Shown: positions 37,401-46,800 of the stretch, one piece after another
Layout of the letters: the number at the start of each line of letters is the position of its first letter
Numbering within the stretch: position 1 is the first letter of the stretch
Position numbers and translations under genes: made by a program
Notes under the pieces: model-generated
Told to the model about the DNA's origin: nothing
The model's database searches: none
What the model saw: only the letters and a program-made list of their open reading frames with translations
From: Hydrolagus affinis
Lineage: Eukaryota
Direction: 5' to 3'
Assembly (NCBI GenBank): GCA_012026655.1
Contig: JAAILG010001155.1
Span: 1 to 64,000 of the forward strand
Length of the DNA: 64,000 nucleotides

Positions 37401-38507
37401 AGATTGATACAAGAATAATACCTTACCCTCAAAGTTGAACACCTGTGCAACTTCAGGACAGTCCAGATTAGATGTTATATTCATTAGAAAGCTTTAGCCA
37501 TTTAATAGCCTTTCACTGCCTTGGGATGTCCTCCCAACATAAAGGGCCCCAAAAGTGTAATTTTGTTGTTGTTATTGTGTAAAACCCGAAAAACCCAAAC
37601 TAAGAACATAAGAACTTAAGAATTAGGAGCAGGAGAAGGCCATTCGGCCTTTCGAGCCTGCTCCGCCATTCAACAAGATCATGGCTGATCTTCTCACCTA
37701 ACTTTGATTACCTGCCCTATCCCCATATCCCCTGATCCCTCTATTTTTCAAAAATTTATCAGTCTCAGCCTTGAAAATGTTCAAGGACTGAGCATCTACA
37801 GCCTTCTGGGGTAATGAATTCCATAAATTCACTACCCTCTGAATGAAGAAATGTTTCCTCAACTCTGTTCTAAAAGGCTGACCCTTAATTTTAAGTCTGT
37901 GACCCCTGGTTATAGATTCTCCTACCAGGGGAAACAGTCCCTCAGTGCCTACTTTATCTAGCCCTTTAAGAATCTTATATATATGTACAGACCAGTTTAA
38001 TAAAATTCTGCAATATTCTGAGTAACTGAAGGAAGGGAGCAGACATATTTTGTATTTAGTTTCATCTTGGGTGGGAAATATTGATTGAATTATCTGAATT
38101 CATCAAGAGGTTCTCTTTCCATAGGAGCAGCAATACATTGTGGCACTACAGTCTATCTATGAGGAGTCAATGCCTCGGCCAGTGAATGACATTGTACGTG
38201 GTGAAATTCTACCCAGTGGATGGATTCTTCAGCCTGACGTGCAGAATGGAAAGGAAATAACTAAAGTAATCTATATGATTCAGGTAAAAAGTGAAATGTA
38301 ATTGAATTAATGTTTAAATACAGGCATCTACATTCCATTTTTTTTATGCAGAGTAAATGTGACACATGCCATCCGTGAAATTGAGCTTTTTCCTCTGTTT
38401 TGAAGGTTGATCTGGGCGCTCCTGCTCTGCCCTCCAGACTGTTGGCATCAGTTGTTAAACGACAGCCTTTGTGCATTGCCACCCTCGCCAGTTTCCTGTC
38501 ATGCTGA
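1334..38507 (+). CDS. STARD9: STARD9/KIF16A gene span (5'-partial; 27 coding exons in window)
   Basis: Exons encode kinesin motifs SSRSH, DLAGSE and [22 protein letters not shown], then FHA, a giant exon and a START domain. All introns are GT-AG with compatible phases. Stop TGA at 38505-38507. Confidence 0.96.
2351..2423 (+). CDS. STARD9: STARD9 motor exon, switch I ([24 protein letters not shown])
   Basis: tag|A...CAG|gttagt; SSRSH motif. Confidence 0.96.
3254..3321 (+). CDS. STARD9: STARD9 motor exon, switch II ([23 protein letters not shown])
   Basis: tag|GCA...AG|gtgagt; DLAGS motif. Confidence 0.96.
3995..4190 (-). mobile_element. Ancient SINE fragment (AmnSINE2-like, tentative)
   Basis: AATCAGAAGTGGGAACTCTGG...GCTGCCCCATCTTAGATCAGCTAAC resembles the reverse complement of a recalled consensus. 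A related piece may lie at about 8240-8400 (+). Confidence 0.4.
4984..5081 (+). CDS. STARD9: STARD9 motor exon [32 protein letters not shown]
   Basis: cag|T...G|gtgaga; INKSL motif. Confidence 0.96.
6516..6716 (+). CDS. STARD9: STARD9 motor exon with loop-12 insertion and [26 protein letters not shown]
   Basis: tag|CA...A|gtgagt; kinesin microtubule-binding motif. Confidence 0.96.
6875..7300 (+). mobile_element. Ancient DeuSINE-type element (SacSINE1/AmnSINE1-like), near full length
   Basis: tRNA-like head, Deu-like core (GTGCTGTCCTACAGATGAGATGGTAAAC...CAGATGGACTTTAACGATGCCATTG) and L2-type tail. Family assignment is from memory. Confidence 0.7.
8020..8117 (+). CDS. STARD9: STARD9 motor end ([33 protein letters not shown])
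   Basis: cag|CA...GAG|gtaaga; TLRYA motif. Confidence 0.96.
8592..8669 (+). CDS. STARD9: STARD9 neck coil ([26 protein letters not shown])
   Basis: tag|GAT...TTG|gtaagc; kinesin-3 neck. Confidence 0.95.
8810..8990 (-). mobile_element. DeuSINE-type 5' half
   Basis: CTTGAACCCACAATCTTCTGACTCAGAG...CTACCAACTGAGCC is the reverse complement of the head. Confidence 0.6.
9315..9389 (+). CDS. STARD9: STARD9 exon [25 protein letters not shown]
   Basis: cag|CGA...AAG|gttggt; phase 0-0. Confidence 0.9.
9500..9955 (-). mobile_element. L2 LINE ORF2 C-terminal fossil
   Basis: - strand peptides [15 protein letters not shown] and [15 protein letters not shown]...RKLLSIENA resemble the L2 post-RT region. 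It includes a 17-bp tandem duplication at about 9523-9557. Confidence 0.75.
10043..10222 (+). CDS. STARD9: STARD9 CC1/pre-FHA exon (IEQVTKDW...[22 protein letters not shown])
   Basis: cag|ATT...AGG|gtaagt; kinesin-3 PHL...LY motif. Confidence 0.95.
11951..12002 (+). CDS. STARD9: STARD9 FHA exon [17 protein letters not shown]
   Basis: tag|GAA...A|gtaagt. Confidence 0.92.
12364..12501 (+). CDS. STARD9: STARD9 FHA exon ([18 protein letters not shown]...CTVNG...LSQ)
   Basis: tag|TT...G|gtatta; FHA HC and VNG motifs. Confidence 0.95.
12815..12897 (+). CDS. STARD9: STARD9 FHA end ([28 protein letters not shown])
   Basis: cag|GT...CTG|gtaggt; FRFNHP motif. Confidence 0.96.
12916..12978 (+). mobile_element. 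Extremely 5'-truncated L2-type 3' tail
   Basis: AGCGCTTTGAGACGCCGTCCGGCGTGGAGGGCGCTATATAAATCGAAG(TTG)n, about 20 nt after an exon donor. Confidence 0.75.
13244..13353 (+). CDS. STARD9: STARD9 exon [36 protein letters not shown]
   Basis: tag|AGT...AG|gtagga; open frame, phase 0-2; DLDG motif recalled from the human protein. Confidence 0.8.
14581..14923 (+). mobile_element. tRNA-derived SINE, full length, long-body variant
   Basis: Same head and tail as 414-728, plus an internal GTTTACCTAGCAGTAAATAAGAATCCGGGTTGTTAGTCGATTGGC segment. Confidence 0.88.
15129..15179 (+). CDS. STARD9: Probable STARD9 51-nt exon (S)[16 protein letters not shown](R)
   Basis: tgtttttctatag|C...AG|gtagaa; open frame, phase 2-2, purine-rich. 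Confidence 0.65.
17525..18112 (+). mobile_element. Longer relative of the 55697 MITE; left TIR missing
   Basis: Right end GGCCAGGTCCCGAGGGTGCCGGATAAACTGGCTTCTACTG|TA matches the MITE; the left subterminal match lies at about 17529. Confidence 0.7.
17729..17755. repeat. (CA)n microsatellite
   Basis: Read directly from the sequence. Confidence 0.9.
18250..18675 (+). mobile_element. Probable DIRS/Ngaro tyrosine-recombinase ORF fossil
   Basis: Collinear frameshifted peptides [36 protein letters not shown] and RYLEG...[12 protein letters not shown]...LTRP resemble the N-terminal part of DIRS YR (from memory). Confidence 0.5.
18830..19050 (+). CDS. STARD9: STARD9 coiled-coil exon ([10 protein letters not shown]...[12 protein letters not shown]...QQIKE)
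   Basis: cag|A...A|gtatgt. Confidence 0.93.
19468..19987 (+). CDS. STARD9: STARD9 coiled-coil exon (NQLCLANEE...[11 protein letters not shown]...PVY)
   Basis: tag|AC...AG|gtatgt; lies inside ORF 19404-20183. Confidence 0.92.
20582..31948 (+). CDS. STARD9: STARD9 giant internal exon, 11,367 bp (about 3,789 codons)
   Basis: Acceptor ttttaaaacag|C is in frame with ORF 20664-31952; donor TATGACAG|gtaaat; no stop codons. Confidence 0.95.
32344..32535 (+). CDS. STARD9: STARD9 exon [13 protein letters not shown]...RSLSPQKQ...[20 protein letters not shown]
   Basis: tag|A...AG|gtagag. Confidence 0.93.
32600..32870 (-). mobile_element. Degenerate DeuSINE-type fragment
   Basis: Tail plus TGGTTTAATGTCTCGTTTGAA (reverse complement of the Deu core). 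Confidence 0.55.
33255..33435 (+). CDS. STARD9: STARD9 exon ...[31 protein letters not shown]...LLK
   Basis: cag|G...AAG|gtaagc. Confidence 0.93.
33794..33928 (+). CDS. STARD9: STARD9 exon DEERRKN...[22 protein letters not shown]...KEL
   Basis: cag|GAT...CTG|gtgagt. Confidence 0.92.
34239..34353 (+). CDS. STARD9: STARD9 exon [24 protein letters not shown]...AFL (alternative in-frame acceptor at 34266)
   Basis: ttaattag|AAA or atcag|ATG; donor G|gtgagt; this exon is needed to give the phase 0-1 transition. Confidence 0.8.
34490..34850 (-). mobile_element. L2 LINE 3' fragment
   Basis: Tail plus GGCCTTGAAGGATTTGAATGTGAGG...AATCTTGAATT, an L2 signature recalled from memory. Confidence 0.65.
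35084..35208 (+). CDS. STARD9: STARD9 exon GTTKDH...[16 protein letters not shown] (start of START domain)
   Basis: cag|GG...GAA|gtgagt. Confidence 0.9.
35330..35470 (-). mobile_element. DeuSINE-type fragment
   Basis: GCAGCCAATTTGCACACAGC...TGGCCAGGATACTGAGAAACTCCC. Confidence 0.6.
35899..35963 (+). CDS. STARD9: STARD9 START exon [21 protein letters not shown]
   Basis: cag|GTA...AA|gtaggt. Confidence 0.92.
36095..36300 (+). CDS. STARD9: STARD9 START exon YHSSEKG...[13 protein letters not shown]...GIQL
   Basis: tag|A...G|gtaagt. Confidence 0.95.
36725..37205 (+). mobile_element. CR1 LINE 3' fragment
   Basis: Peptides [12 protein letters not shown] and [10 protein letters not shown]...RLFPLV; terminal GAATGGCCTGTTTCTGTGCTGTA. 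Confidence 0.8.
37318..37397 (+). CDS. STARD9: STARD9 START exon [27 protein letters not shown]
   Basis: tag|TT...GAG|gtaaga; START RDF motif. Confidence 0.95.
37602..37980 (-). mobile_element. CR1 LINE 3' end
   Basis: AAGAATTAGGAGCAGGAG...GATCATGGCTGATC; closely matches 43944-44300. Confidence 0.88.
38125..38283 (+). CDS. STARD9: STARD9 START exon ...[11 protein letters not shown]...[14 protein letters not shown]...IYMIQ
   Basis: tag|GAG...CAG|gtaaaa. Confidence 0.95.
38406..38507 (+). CDS. STARD9: STARD9 last coding exon [33 protein letters not shown]
   Basis: aag|GTT...TGA. Confidence 0.95.
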   Translation, partial: VDLGAPALPSRLLASVVKRQPLCIATLASFLSC

Positions 38508-38530
38508 TTGGTTGGTTGGTTGGTTGGTTG
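38508..38530. repeat. (TTGG)n microsatellite immediately after the STARD9 stop codon
   Basis: Read directly from the sequence. Confidence 0.9.
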
Positions 38531-39267
38531 AAAGGGTTTGAGGCACACTGAAGCAGCAGTAACTCAGCACCATTACATGTCCAATCCGGAGACATGTACG
38601 TACCTCAGGTCAAAACATTTCAACCCAACCCACTTTTACAACACTTTACAAAATATAGTCTTTTTAAATAGCATTATGCATGTTTTCAGTTTAATTAAGC
38701 TTACTGTACACAAATGGAACATTGTAAGAATGTAACATTGCAGGTTTTGATGTACAGTATGTAAAGTTTTCTATTGTTTTATATTGTATAGATATTTTTC
38801 TAACTCATGTTTTGTACAGTTAATCAATTGAATGTGCTTTGCAGTTGCTGACTTCCTCTGGTGAGAAAGTTAGACAATCATTCCAGAGGATGTATGAGAT
38901 TGTGTGTGCATTGCAGTGATCTTTTTTATAATGCTGTAAAGTTACATTTTATTTTTGTATGTAAACAATCACTTAAAAGGTCCAAATTGAAGCTTTTATT
39001 TATATAATGTTTGAAGCATTTTATACACATTTAATTCCATGGATTGTGAAAGTATGTTTTATAAAAATAAGCATTTAATATTTTATAAATGACTATTTTG
39101 CATATGATATTTATATATAATATTTTTAAAAATATATTTGGTTTTAAATCAATGTGCTTTTTCTGAGACTGATTTGCCGAGGGTAAACATCAGTGCCTGA
39201 AAAAGATGGATCTAGATAATGACTACAGTATCTAATCCTTTAAATAGAGGATTGAAATGTACAGTTT

Positions 39268-39512
39268 ATTATTGGATTTTTTATAGCACTTTTGACGTCT
39301 TCTTGACATCTCAAAGCGCTTCACAGTGGATTGACTATATATATGTGGGCAAAATGCAGCAGTCAATTGCGCACAGCAGTGTCCCACAAACAGTCGTGGA
39401 TTATTATTGGGTTTTTTTGAGGGATTATTATCAGGCAAGGTTTCACCCTGCCTGGAATTGAACACAGGTTTCTCGCCTATAAGGCGAGGAGGGCTCTTAA
39501 CCGCTGAACTCC
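39268..39512 (-). mobile_element. tRNA-derived SINE, degenerate short variant
   Basis: Homologous to 414-728. Confidence 0.8.
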
Positions 39513-39534
39513 ACAAAAATTCTAAATTATGAGA

Positions 39535-39770
39535 TGTTTTGATGGAGTAGAAACTATTTCCTCTCGCAGGTGGGAAAGTAACCAGAGAACACAGATTCAA
39601 CATCATTGGCAAAAGAGCCAGAGGGGAGATGGGGAAAATATTTTTTCCGCAGAGAGCTATTACGGTCTGGAATGCACTGCCTGAATGAAAGGATGGGGGA
39701 AGTAGGTTCAATAGCAACTTTTAAAAGGGAATTGGATAGGTACTTGAAAATAAAAAATGTGCAGAGCTGT
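39535..39770 (+). mobile_element. CR1 LINE 3' fragment
   Basis: TGGAATGCACTGCCTGA; peptide TFKRELDRYL. Confidence 0.8.
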
Positions 39771-40761
39771 AATAATCCTTACATTTAATATAGCACCTTA
39801 TTATGTCTCTAGCTGTCTCAAAGTGCTTCACACAATATGCTATAAAGTGAATTGAATGTACATTTCATTTAAACAACTGGCACTCAATATCATATTGCTT
39901 GCTGCTCTCACATACCAGGCTCCCTCTAACTTGCAGCCCTCAGCAATCTTGTTGGTCCATCTGTTTTGGGACTGGCAGGATACAGTCCTCCCATTTTTGT
40001 GGTTAGATAGTAATACTATAGCAATGATTAAAGACACTTCATCTCAATTAGATATTATGGTTGTATCACAATGGTAGGGACCAGAGAAATTATTTTTGCA
40101 CCCTTTGAGTATATGCAATACAAGGATCCTGATTTTTATATATTTATATAATCTAAAGAGTGATACACATCTTAAGTTCATATCAAGTTAAATATGCAAA
40201 TAACTGTATCTTGCTCTACTCAAACATCAATGCAGTAAACTAATTGCATCCCAGGGAATTGTGCAATTTTTACAATTTAAATGCAAAATTGTTCAGGCTA
40301 TTGTAGTGACTTAATCTTTCCAAACATGGCTTGAACAGCCAGGGGTCAGGACACACATATGCAAGCCATATTTCTGCTCTTCTCTCACTCTCCACTTTGC
40401 TCCTGAAGATAGTGCGGAGTGTGATGAGAAGACAGTTGGAGCAGGAGGTACGAGACAGTTTGGCCAGATTACTGTTTCACATAGTGAAACGGGAAATGAC
40501 ATGAGCACATACTTGCATAATTCCCTAGGAAGTAACTAATAGCCATTACACAAAAATAAATGGAACACTTATTCATGATCAAAAGTACTTATTACAGGAA
40601 TGGTCCAATATGAACTACGAAAAATATTCACCAGTGAATAAATGCATTTATCGTTTAGCAGCTTTTTAAGTAAACTTAATATTAAACAAATGTTATTGCA
40701 TACAGTGCAGTTGAAACTAACTTTCCTTAGTAAAACTGCTGCGGCTATATGGTACCACCAC

Positions 40762-40767
40762 TTTATT
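40762..40767 (-). promoter_or_regulatory. Candidate CDAN1 polyadenylation signal AATAAA
   Basis: TTTATT on the + strand, starting 16 nt after the inferred stop codon. Confidence 0.5.
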
Positions 40768-40782
40768 CAGTCCATCTATCAG

Positions 40783-40866
40783 TTAATTTGGCCTCTCATC
40801 TTCAGTCTTACCAATATCAGCCACGTCTTCACGTGATCGTAACGTTTCTATTGTATTCAATAAATC
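40783..40866 (-). CDS. CDAN1: CDAN1 probable last coding exon [27 protein letters not shown]
   Basis: ttccttgtag|GAT...TAA; AATAAA follows shortly downstream. Confidence 0.78.
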   Translation of the reverse strand, partial: DLLNTIETLRSREDVADIGKTEDERPN

Positions 40867-43800
40867 CTACAAGGAAAGGAAATATAGTTGTTCTAAGTTG
40901 TACATATAAAATGCAGTTGTGATTTTTAAACTTAGATCTCAAAGCAGAAGGTCAAGTTTTTTTTAAAAATAGACAATACTATTTTAGCCTCAAAGAACAA
41001 ATTTAAGGTACTCTCAAACTAAAATCTCTTCACTGTGCACATCTCTGAATGAACACTCAACTTGGCTATAACATATGGCCAAGCAACGTTTCTCCATTCA
41101 GACATTTGAATTCAATTGGTTATTTTTCTTTGAATGTGATCCTCCCTTTCTTGAAGATATTTTGATTCAGCGCTCTCCATTGAATCTCTTTATAGCAAGC
41201 AAGAATCAGAGTGGAGCTTATTGACAGAAAGAGAAGACATAATGCACCTTCTTCTTTAAACAAACATGTTATTCAGTGCTGAAGAATAATAGCTAAACTA
41301 TAATAACAAACTGGTTAATTGCACACCAAAAGTTCTGCAAAAGGAAAAACTAAGTACAAAACAGAAATGCCAATATTACCTGCACCATTGTAAGATTTGC
41401 TCGCAAAAGGAAACCTATTCTTTTACAGATTACAGTATATATCCAAGAAACTACACTTACTTTAGGCAATGGACACTGCAGAAGTTCCCTCCAGTGTCGG
41501 TCCATTTCTTCAGTTTTCATCAGGCCACGCTGAGCAATGCCATCAATAAGGAAGGAGAGTTCATCCCAACATTGCTAATGGAAAATAAAATACATTTGTA
41601 GAAACCTTCAGATATTACAACTTCTTTAAAAGGTCAAAACACATAAAACAGTGGTCACAATATGCAGGGAAAAACACACTGATATCTTAAAGCAAGCTTT
41701 CTGGATGCATGCACTAACTCTCACCATTAAATTTCTTGCCTCAATCAAATATGAAATATTCTTCTCACTGAATATTAGATGTAAAGGTAGAGACACATGG
41801 AAATCATCCTTCCAGAGTGAGAGGAGGTGGCTGAGTGAACGCCGTAATAACTGGTGATTAGAAGCACAATCTCCAGAATCCTGTTTGGTAACGTATTGAA
41901 GAGGAATTTTTCCTGCAACTAAAAAGAGAAATAACGAAGGGAAAATAAGCTGAAAAATATGGTGGCCAAAAACTGCTAAATGAAATCCCTCACTTGCTTT
42001 TTTCATACTTACCCAACAGGGAAGCCAACTCCACTGTGCACCTGGCAAGTGCATGTTCAATTACTGGAGAGATGTACTGCAAAGAAAATACAATAGCTCA
42101 GCACCTCTGAGCATTCACTCACTATAGTTTCCAAAGAAAAACTCATAAAGCCCGGTTGTAAATTCACAGTTTATTGCCCAATAATCTTTACTCTTAAGAT
42201 TTATTTGTAATAATATTTCTTGCATTTGATATAGTCTTGTTTCACAGAATATACAGTACTGTAAAGTGAATTGACTATATTTTGTAGGTGAAATGCAGGA
42301 GTTAATATCACACAAATAGTTGTGGATTGAATGACCAAATTATTACTATTTTTTATAGGGATTATAACCCTTGGAAAAGCGATCTGCCAATCGACTAACA
42401 AACGGATTCCTACTTACTGCTAGGTAAGCAGGGGCATGTGGAGTAAGGAAACTTGGCCAATGTTTCAGACTGCCCAAGAATCAAACCCAGACTCCTCTAA
42501 CGGAGCTACAGGACTCCACTGTAGTCAAAAGTTTCACAAAAATCACTATTAATACAAAACAGTAGTACAACAACCCAGTGCATCAATATTTTCAGTTCAT
42601 GATTCTTAAAAAAAACACATCTTTTGTTCTATCTTCACATCTCTCTACCATGCACACAATTTTCCTTTCCAGTCTGCATTTCCATTATTATATCTGACAA
42701 AATGTTCTTTTCAGTTGACTTGCTTTCCTGCAACTGATGAGATAGTTACTAGAGATGTGATGTGAGATTTGGGTTCATATAATTACCATGGTATTTGTGA
42801 TTTTATGTGGGAATTGAAGTAAATTCACACATCATATGCTAAGTTTACTTCCTACCACAATGTAGCTCCCGCCATCAAGTGACCGCCCACTATGCTATCC
42901 AAGTCTCATCCAATTGCTACAACTCATTCACTAAACACAACTATTTGTATTCCTTACCTTCCTGCATTGAAGTGTTCTGCTTAACCTTCTGCACAAGTTA
43001 TCAATTTGTTTGTGTTCAATTACTTCATCACTTCTCCTGGGACCCAATGCAATACACAACAGTTCCTACGAAAACAAAGCAAAACATTCAGTACATGGAT
43101 TCAAACAAACTTTCTTCCCTGTCCCCAAAGGATTCATAATAATACTGAGAGTTAAAACTCCCTCTCGGTCCACATCCTCATTCATATTTATTGGAGTGCT
43201 CTAACACAACACAGATGGCAGAAACTTGTAAGCCTGAGATGGCAAGGAACCAAACCATACCAGGTGGTATACACACACTTCAATGTAACACAAGGATTGC
43301 AAAGAACCCAAGGGTGGACCACACCAATGTCCTAGTGGGTAGAGACTGCCTTCTGTGCAGTGGTTTTGATTTAAAGATAACACAAATTAAGATTTTTTAA
43401 ATACTGAGTTTCTTAGTTTTGTGTAGAAATGAATGGAATTAACTTTAAAACTTGGATTTCCATACAGGACATAGTGGAGCTTTTATTTTACACTTTCAAA
43501 CACGAGGGCTTTTTTTTCTGAATAAATTTTGACTTCCACTTTTATTGACAAGTTATACTGAAGAGCATTATTAAACTGCATAAACTGAATGTACCTTAAA
43601 CTCGTTGGTTATTTGAGAGGGAAGAGGCGCATTGTGTTCACATCCTGGAAGGCAGCTCACGCTCTCCGTGGGAGCCTCTTGTGTACCTGATGACACCATC
43701 GTTTGAGATTTCTTCAATCTGTCAAAGCACAGCTTCACTTCTTTCTTGATCAAAGCTAATTATTCAACAAAAAATATTTAAAATATAAAAACATTACTTC

Positions 43801-46800
43801 ACGGTAACTTGTCCACTTTCTTGCAGGTGTACTGCAAACACACTTCAGCTACTCAGCTTCTCCCAGCCTGTGATTAGTGTGGAAATAACTACAGAAACAT
43901 TGATGGGTCACAGGTTACTCCTGTCCTTCAAGTTCAGGAAATAGTAAGACCATAAGAATTAGGAGCAGGAGTAGGTCATTTGGCTCCTCGAGCCTGCCCT
44001 GCCATTCAAAAAGATCATGGCTGATCTTCTGACCTAACTCTAATTACCTGCCCCGTCCTCATAACCCCTAATCCCTCTATTTTCTAAAAATCTATCAGTC
44101 TCAGCCTTGAAAATGTTCAGGGACTGAACATCCACAGCCTTCTGGGATAATGAATTCCATAAATTCACTACCCTCTGAGTGAAGAAATGTTTCCTCCATT
44201 CTAAAAGGCTGACCCTTAATTTTAAGACTGTGACCCCTGGTTATAGATTCAGGGGAAACAGTCCTTCAGTGTCTATTTTATCCAGCCCTTTAAGAATTTT
44301 ATATGTTTCAATAAGATCCCCCCTAATTCTTCTAGAGTACAGCCCTAGTCTATTCAACCTATCCTCATAGGTCAGTCTCCTCATCCCAGGAACTATGCTG
44401 CACCCCCTCCCCTCTAAGGCAAGTATGCCCTTTTTTAAATAAGGAGACCAAAACTGCACATAAAACTCTAGGTGCGGTCTAACCAAAGCCCTATACAGTT
44501 GCAGCAAGACTTCCCTACTCTTGTACTCTAAACCTTTTGAAATGAACGCTAGCATGCCATTCGCCTTCTTAATTGCTTGCTGCACCTGCAAACTAACTTT
44601 TTGAGACTGGTGTACAAGGACACCCAAATCCCTTTGAATACTAACACTATCTAACCTCTCCCCCTCTAGAAAATAATCAATTTTTTTGTTACCTAGGTGA
44701 ATAAGTTCACACTTCACCACATTAAATTCCATCTGCCACCTACCTGCCCACTCCCCTAGCCTATCTATATCTTGTTGCAATCATCTTGCATCATCCTCAG
44801 AGCTCACTCTGCTACCTAGTTTAGTGTAATCTGTGAATTTAGACACATTACATTCAATGTCCTCGTCTAGATCATTAATGTAAATTGTAAATAGCTGAGG
44901 CCCAAGCACTGATCCTTGTGGCACTCCACTAGTTACATCCTGCCAATTCGAGAATAACCCTTTTATCCTTACTCTCTGTTTTCTACCAGTTAGCTATGTT
45001 ACTATATTCCCATTAATCTCGTGGACCTTGATCTTGTGCAACAGTTTATCAAATGCCTTCTTAAAATCTAAATATATCACATGTACTGGTTCCTCTCTAT
45101 CTAAACTGCTGGACACATCTTCAAAAAATTCTAAAAGATTAGTCAAGCATGACTTCCCTTTTGTAAAGCCATGTTGGCTCTGCCTAATCTTTTTATGGTT
45201 TTCCAGGTATCCCATAACGATCCCATAAGTGTTAAAAATTGAAAAAAAACATAAATCAACCACAATATGGAAAGGTGAATGAATGTCAACATGCTGGGCC
45301 AATCAACCTCCATATGCAGCTGCTACAGGTTTTAATGGTACCCAAACAAACAATACTGACCACAGACCCAAGCAAGTCTGTCTTGATAACTTTCCTTGTC
45401 TGAGAACGGAGTGCAGGTCAGACAAGTGTCTGACTGTTGTGGTGTGTGGGGAGCATTAGATTGCTGTGCACTCCCAGTACCTGAAATGTTGGCCAAGAGC
45501 CACGTGCAGGCTTTCTCTGTCGCGAGACGGCTGGTTATAGCTTCTGCTGTGCTCAATACCTGTACAAAACAAGGATCCGTTAGATAATTGTTATTGGAAC
45601 AGAGAAAAGAACTTTGCGATATATTATGGGGTAAAAATCACTGTATTCCAAAATATACTCACGGTCAAATGTTCTGAAATTAAATTTTTCCGACCAACAA
45701 ATAATTAAGTGTCCAGAGCAAAAGTACCCTAGACCCTTCAGTTTGCTTTCAATTGGGCACTTTAGTTTAAAAAATTCAGATTTCAGAATATCAATTAGTT
45801 GCCTGTAAATTAAGCCTGAATGGCCAATATCCAAGACCCAAAGAAATTTAAGGCACATAAGATGATGATTCGACCTACTTTGTCTGTCCTGGCTCCCTTG
45901 AGAACAATCCTTTAAGTCTCATTTACCTGCCTATTCCCCATACCCCTGCAGCTGATTCTTTTTAAAGCATCTTTATAATGCTTGGTGTGGATCGGCTGTC
46001 ATCTTTATATTTTAAGCTGCTGTTTTGTCAGCTATGTTGCTTAGAATATTGGCGTGCCTACTTACTGCTTTGATACAAACCAAAAGAAATTTAGATATAG
46101 ATCAGTGGTTAGAGCACTCACCTCACAAGCGAGACCTGGGTTTGATACCTGGTAAGTCAAGGCGAAACCTTGGGGCAAGTTTCCTTGCTGCACACGTCTG
46201 ATAATAATCCCTCAAAAAACAATAATTGGTCATTTCAACGCACGACTGTATGTGGGATACTCCTGTGCATAATTTGCTGCCCCATTTCGCCCACATATAT
46301 ACAGTCAATTTACTTTACAGCATATTCTGTCAAGCACTTTGAGACGCCTAGAAGACGTGAAAAGCGCTATCAAATGCAAGGATTATTATTACAAGACATC
46401 TCTATCTTATCCCAGCACAATAAGTTCACCAGAAAATGGGAAATAACAAATCAGACCAGAATTGAAGGCAATATAATGAGCTGACATAATGCTCTCACTC
46501 AAGCCACAGCCTCAAGTACATAGCCATGATGAACAAGAATGGATTCTGAAGGCAGAAACCCACCGAGGCAGACGTCTCTTCTGGAAGCAGAACTCGAATT
46601 GCTTCTGGGCCTTTCCTGCTGCAAAATCTGGGGGAGAAGAAAGAAATAGAAGATATTTGTTTAAACTTAAAGGTATTAAAGCATATTACACTTCACTCTA
46701 GGGCAAAAAGCATTTACGCATCATGGCTGTGTGGGAAATGAATCAAATATGCTTTTGTAATAATGCCTCAGGTATATTGATGGTTAGTTAACATCTCTCT

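Noticed and set aside
40311-40508. 65-aa intergenic ORF on the - strand
   Set aside because: No recognisable domain or splice support; probably UTR or intergenic sequence.
41040-41230. Possible alternative terminal CDAN1 exon
   Set aside because: The acceptor is weak, in-phase frames close quickly, and there is no homology support.
44241-45302. Active retrotransposon or host gene from the 179-aa and 102-aa ORFs
   Set aside because: It is a 5'-truncated CR1 with stops, frameshifts and a mutated catalytic motif (FTDY).
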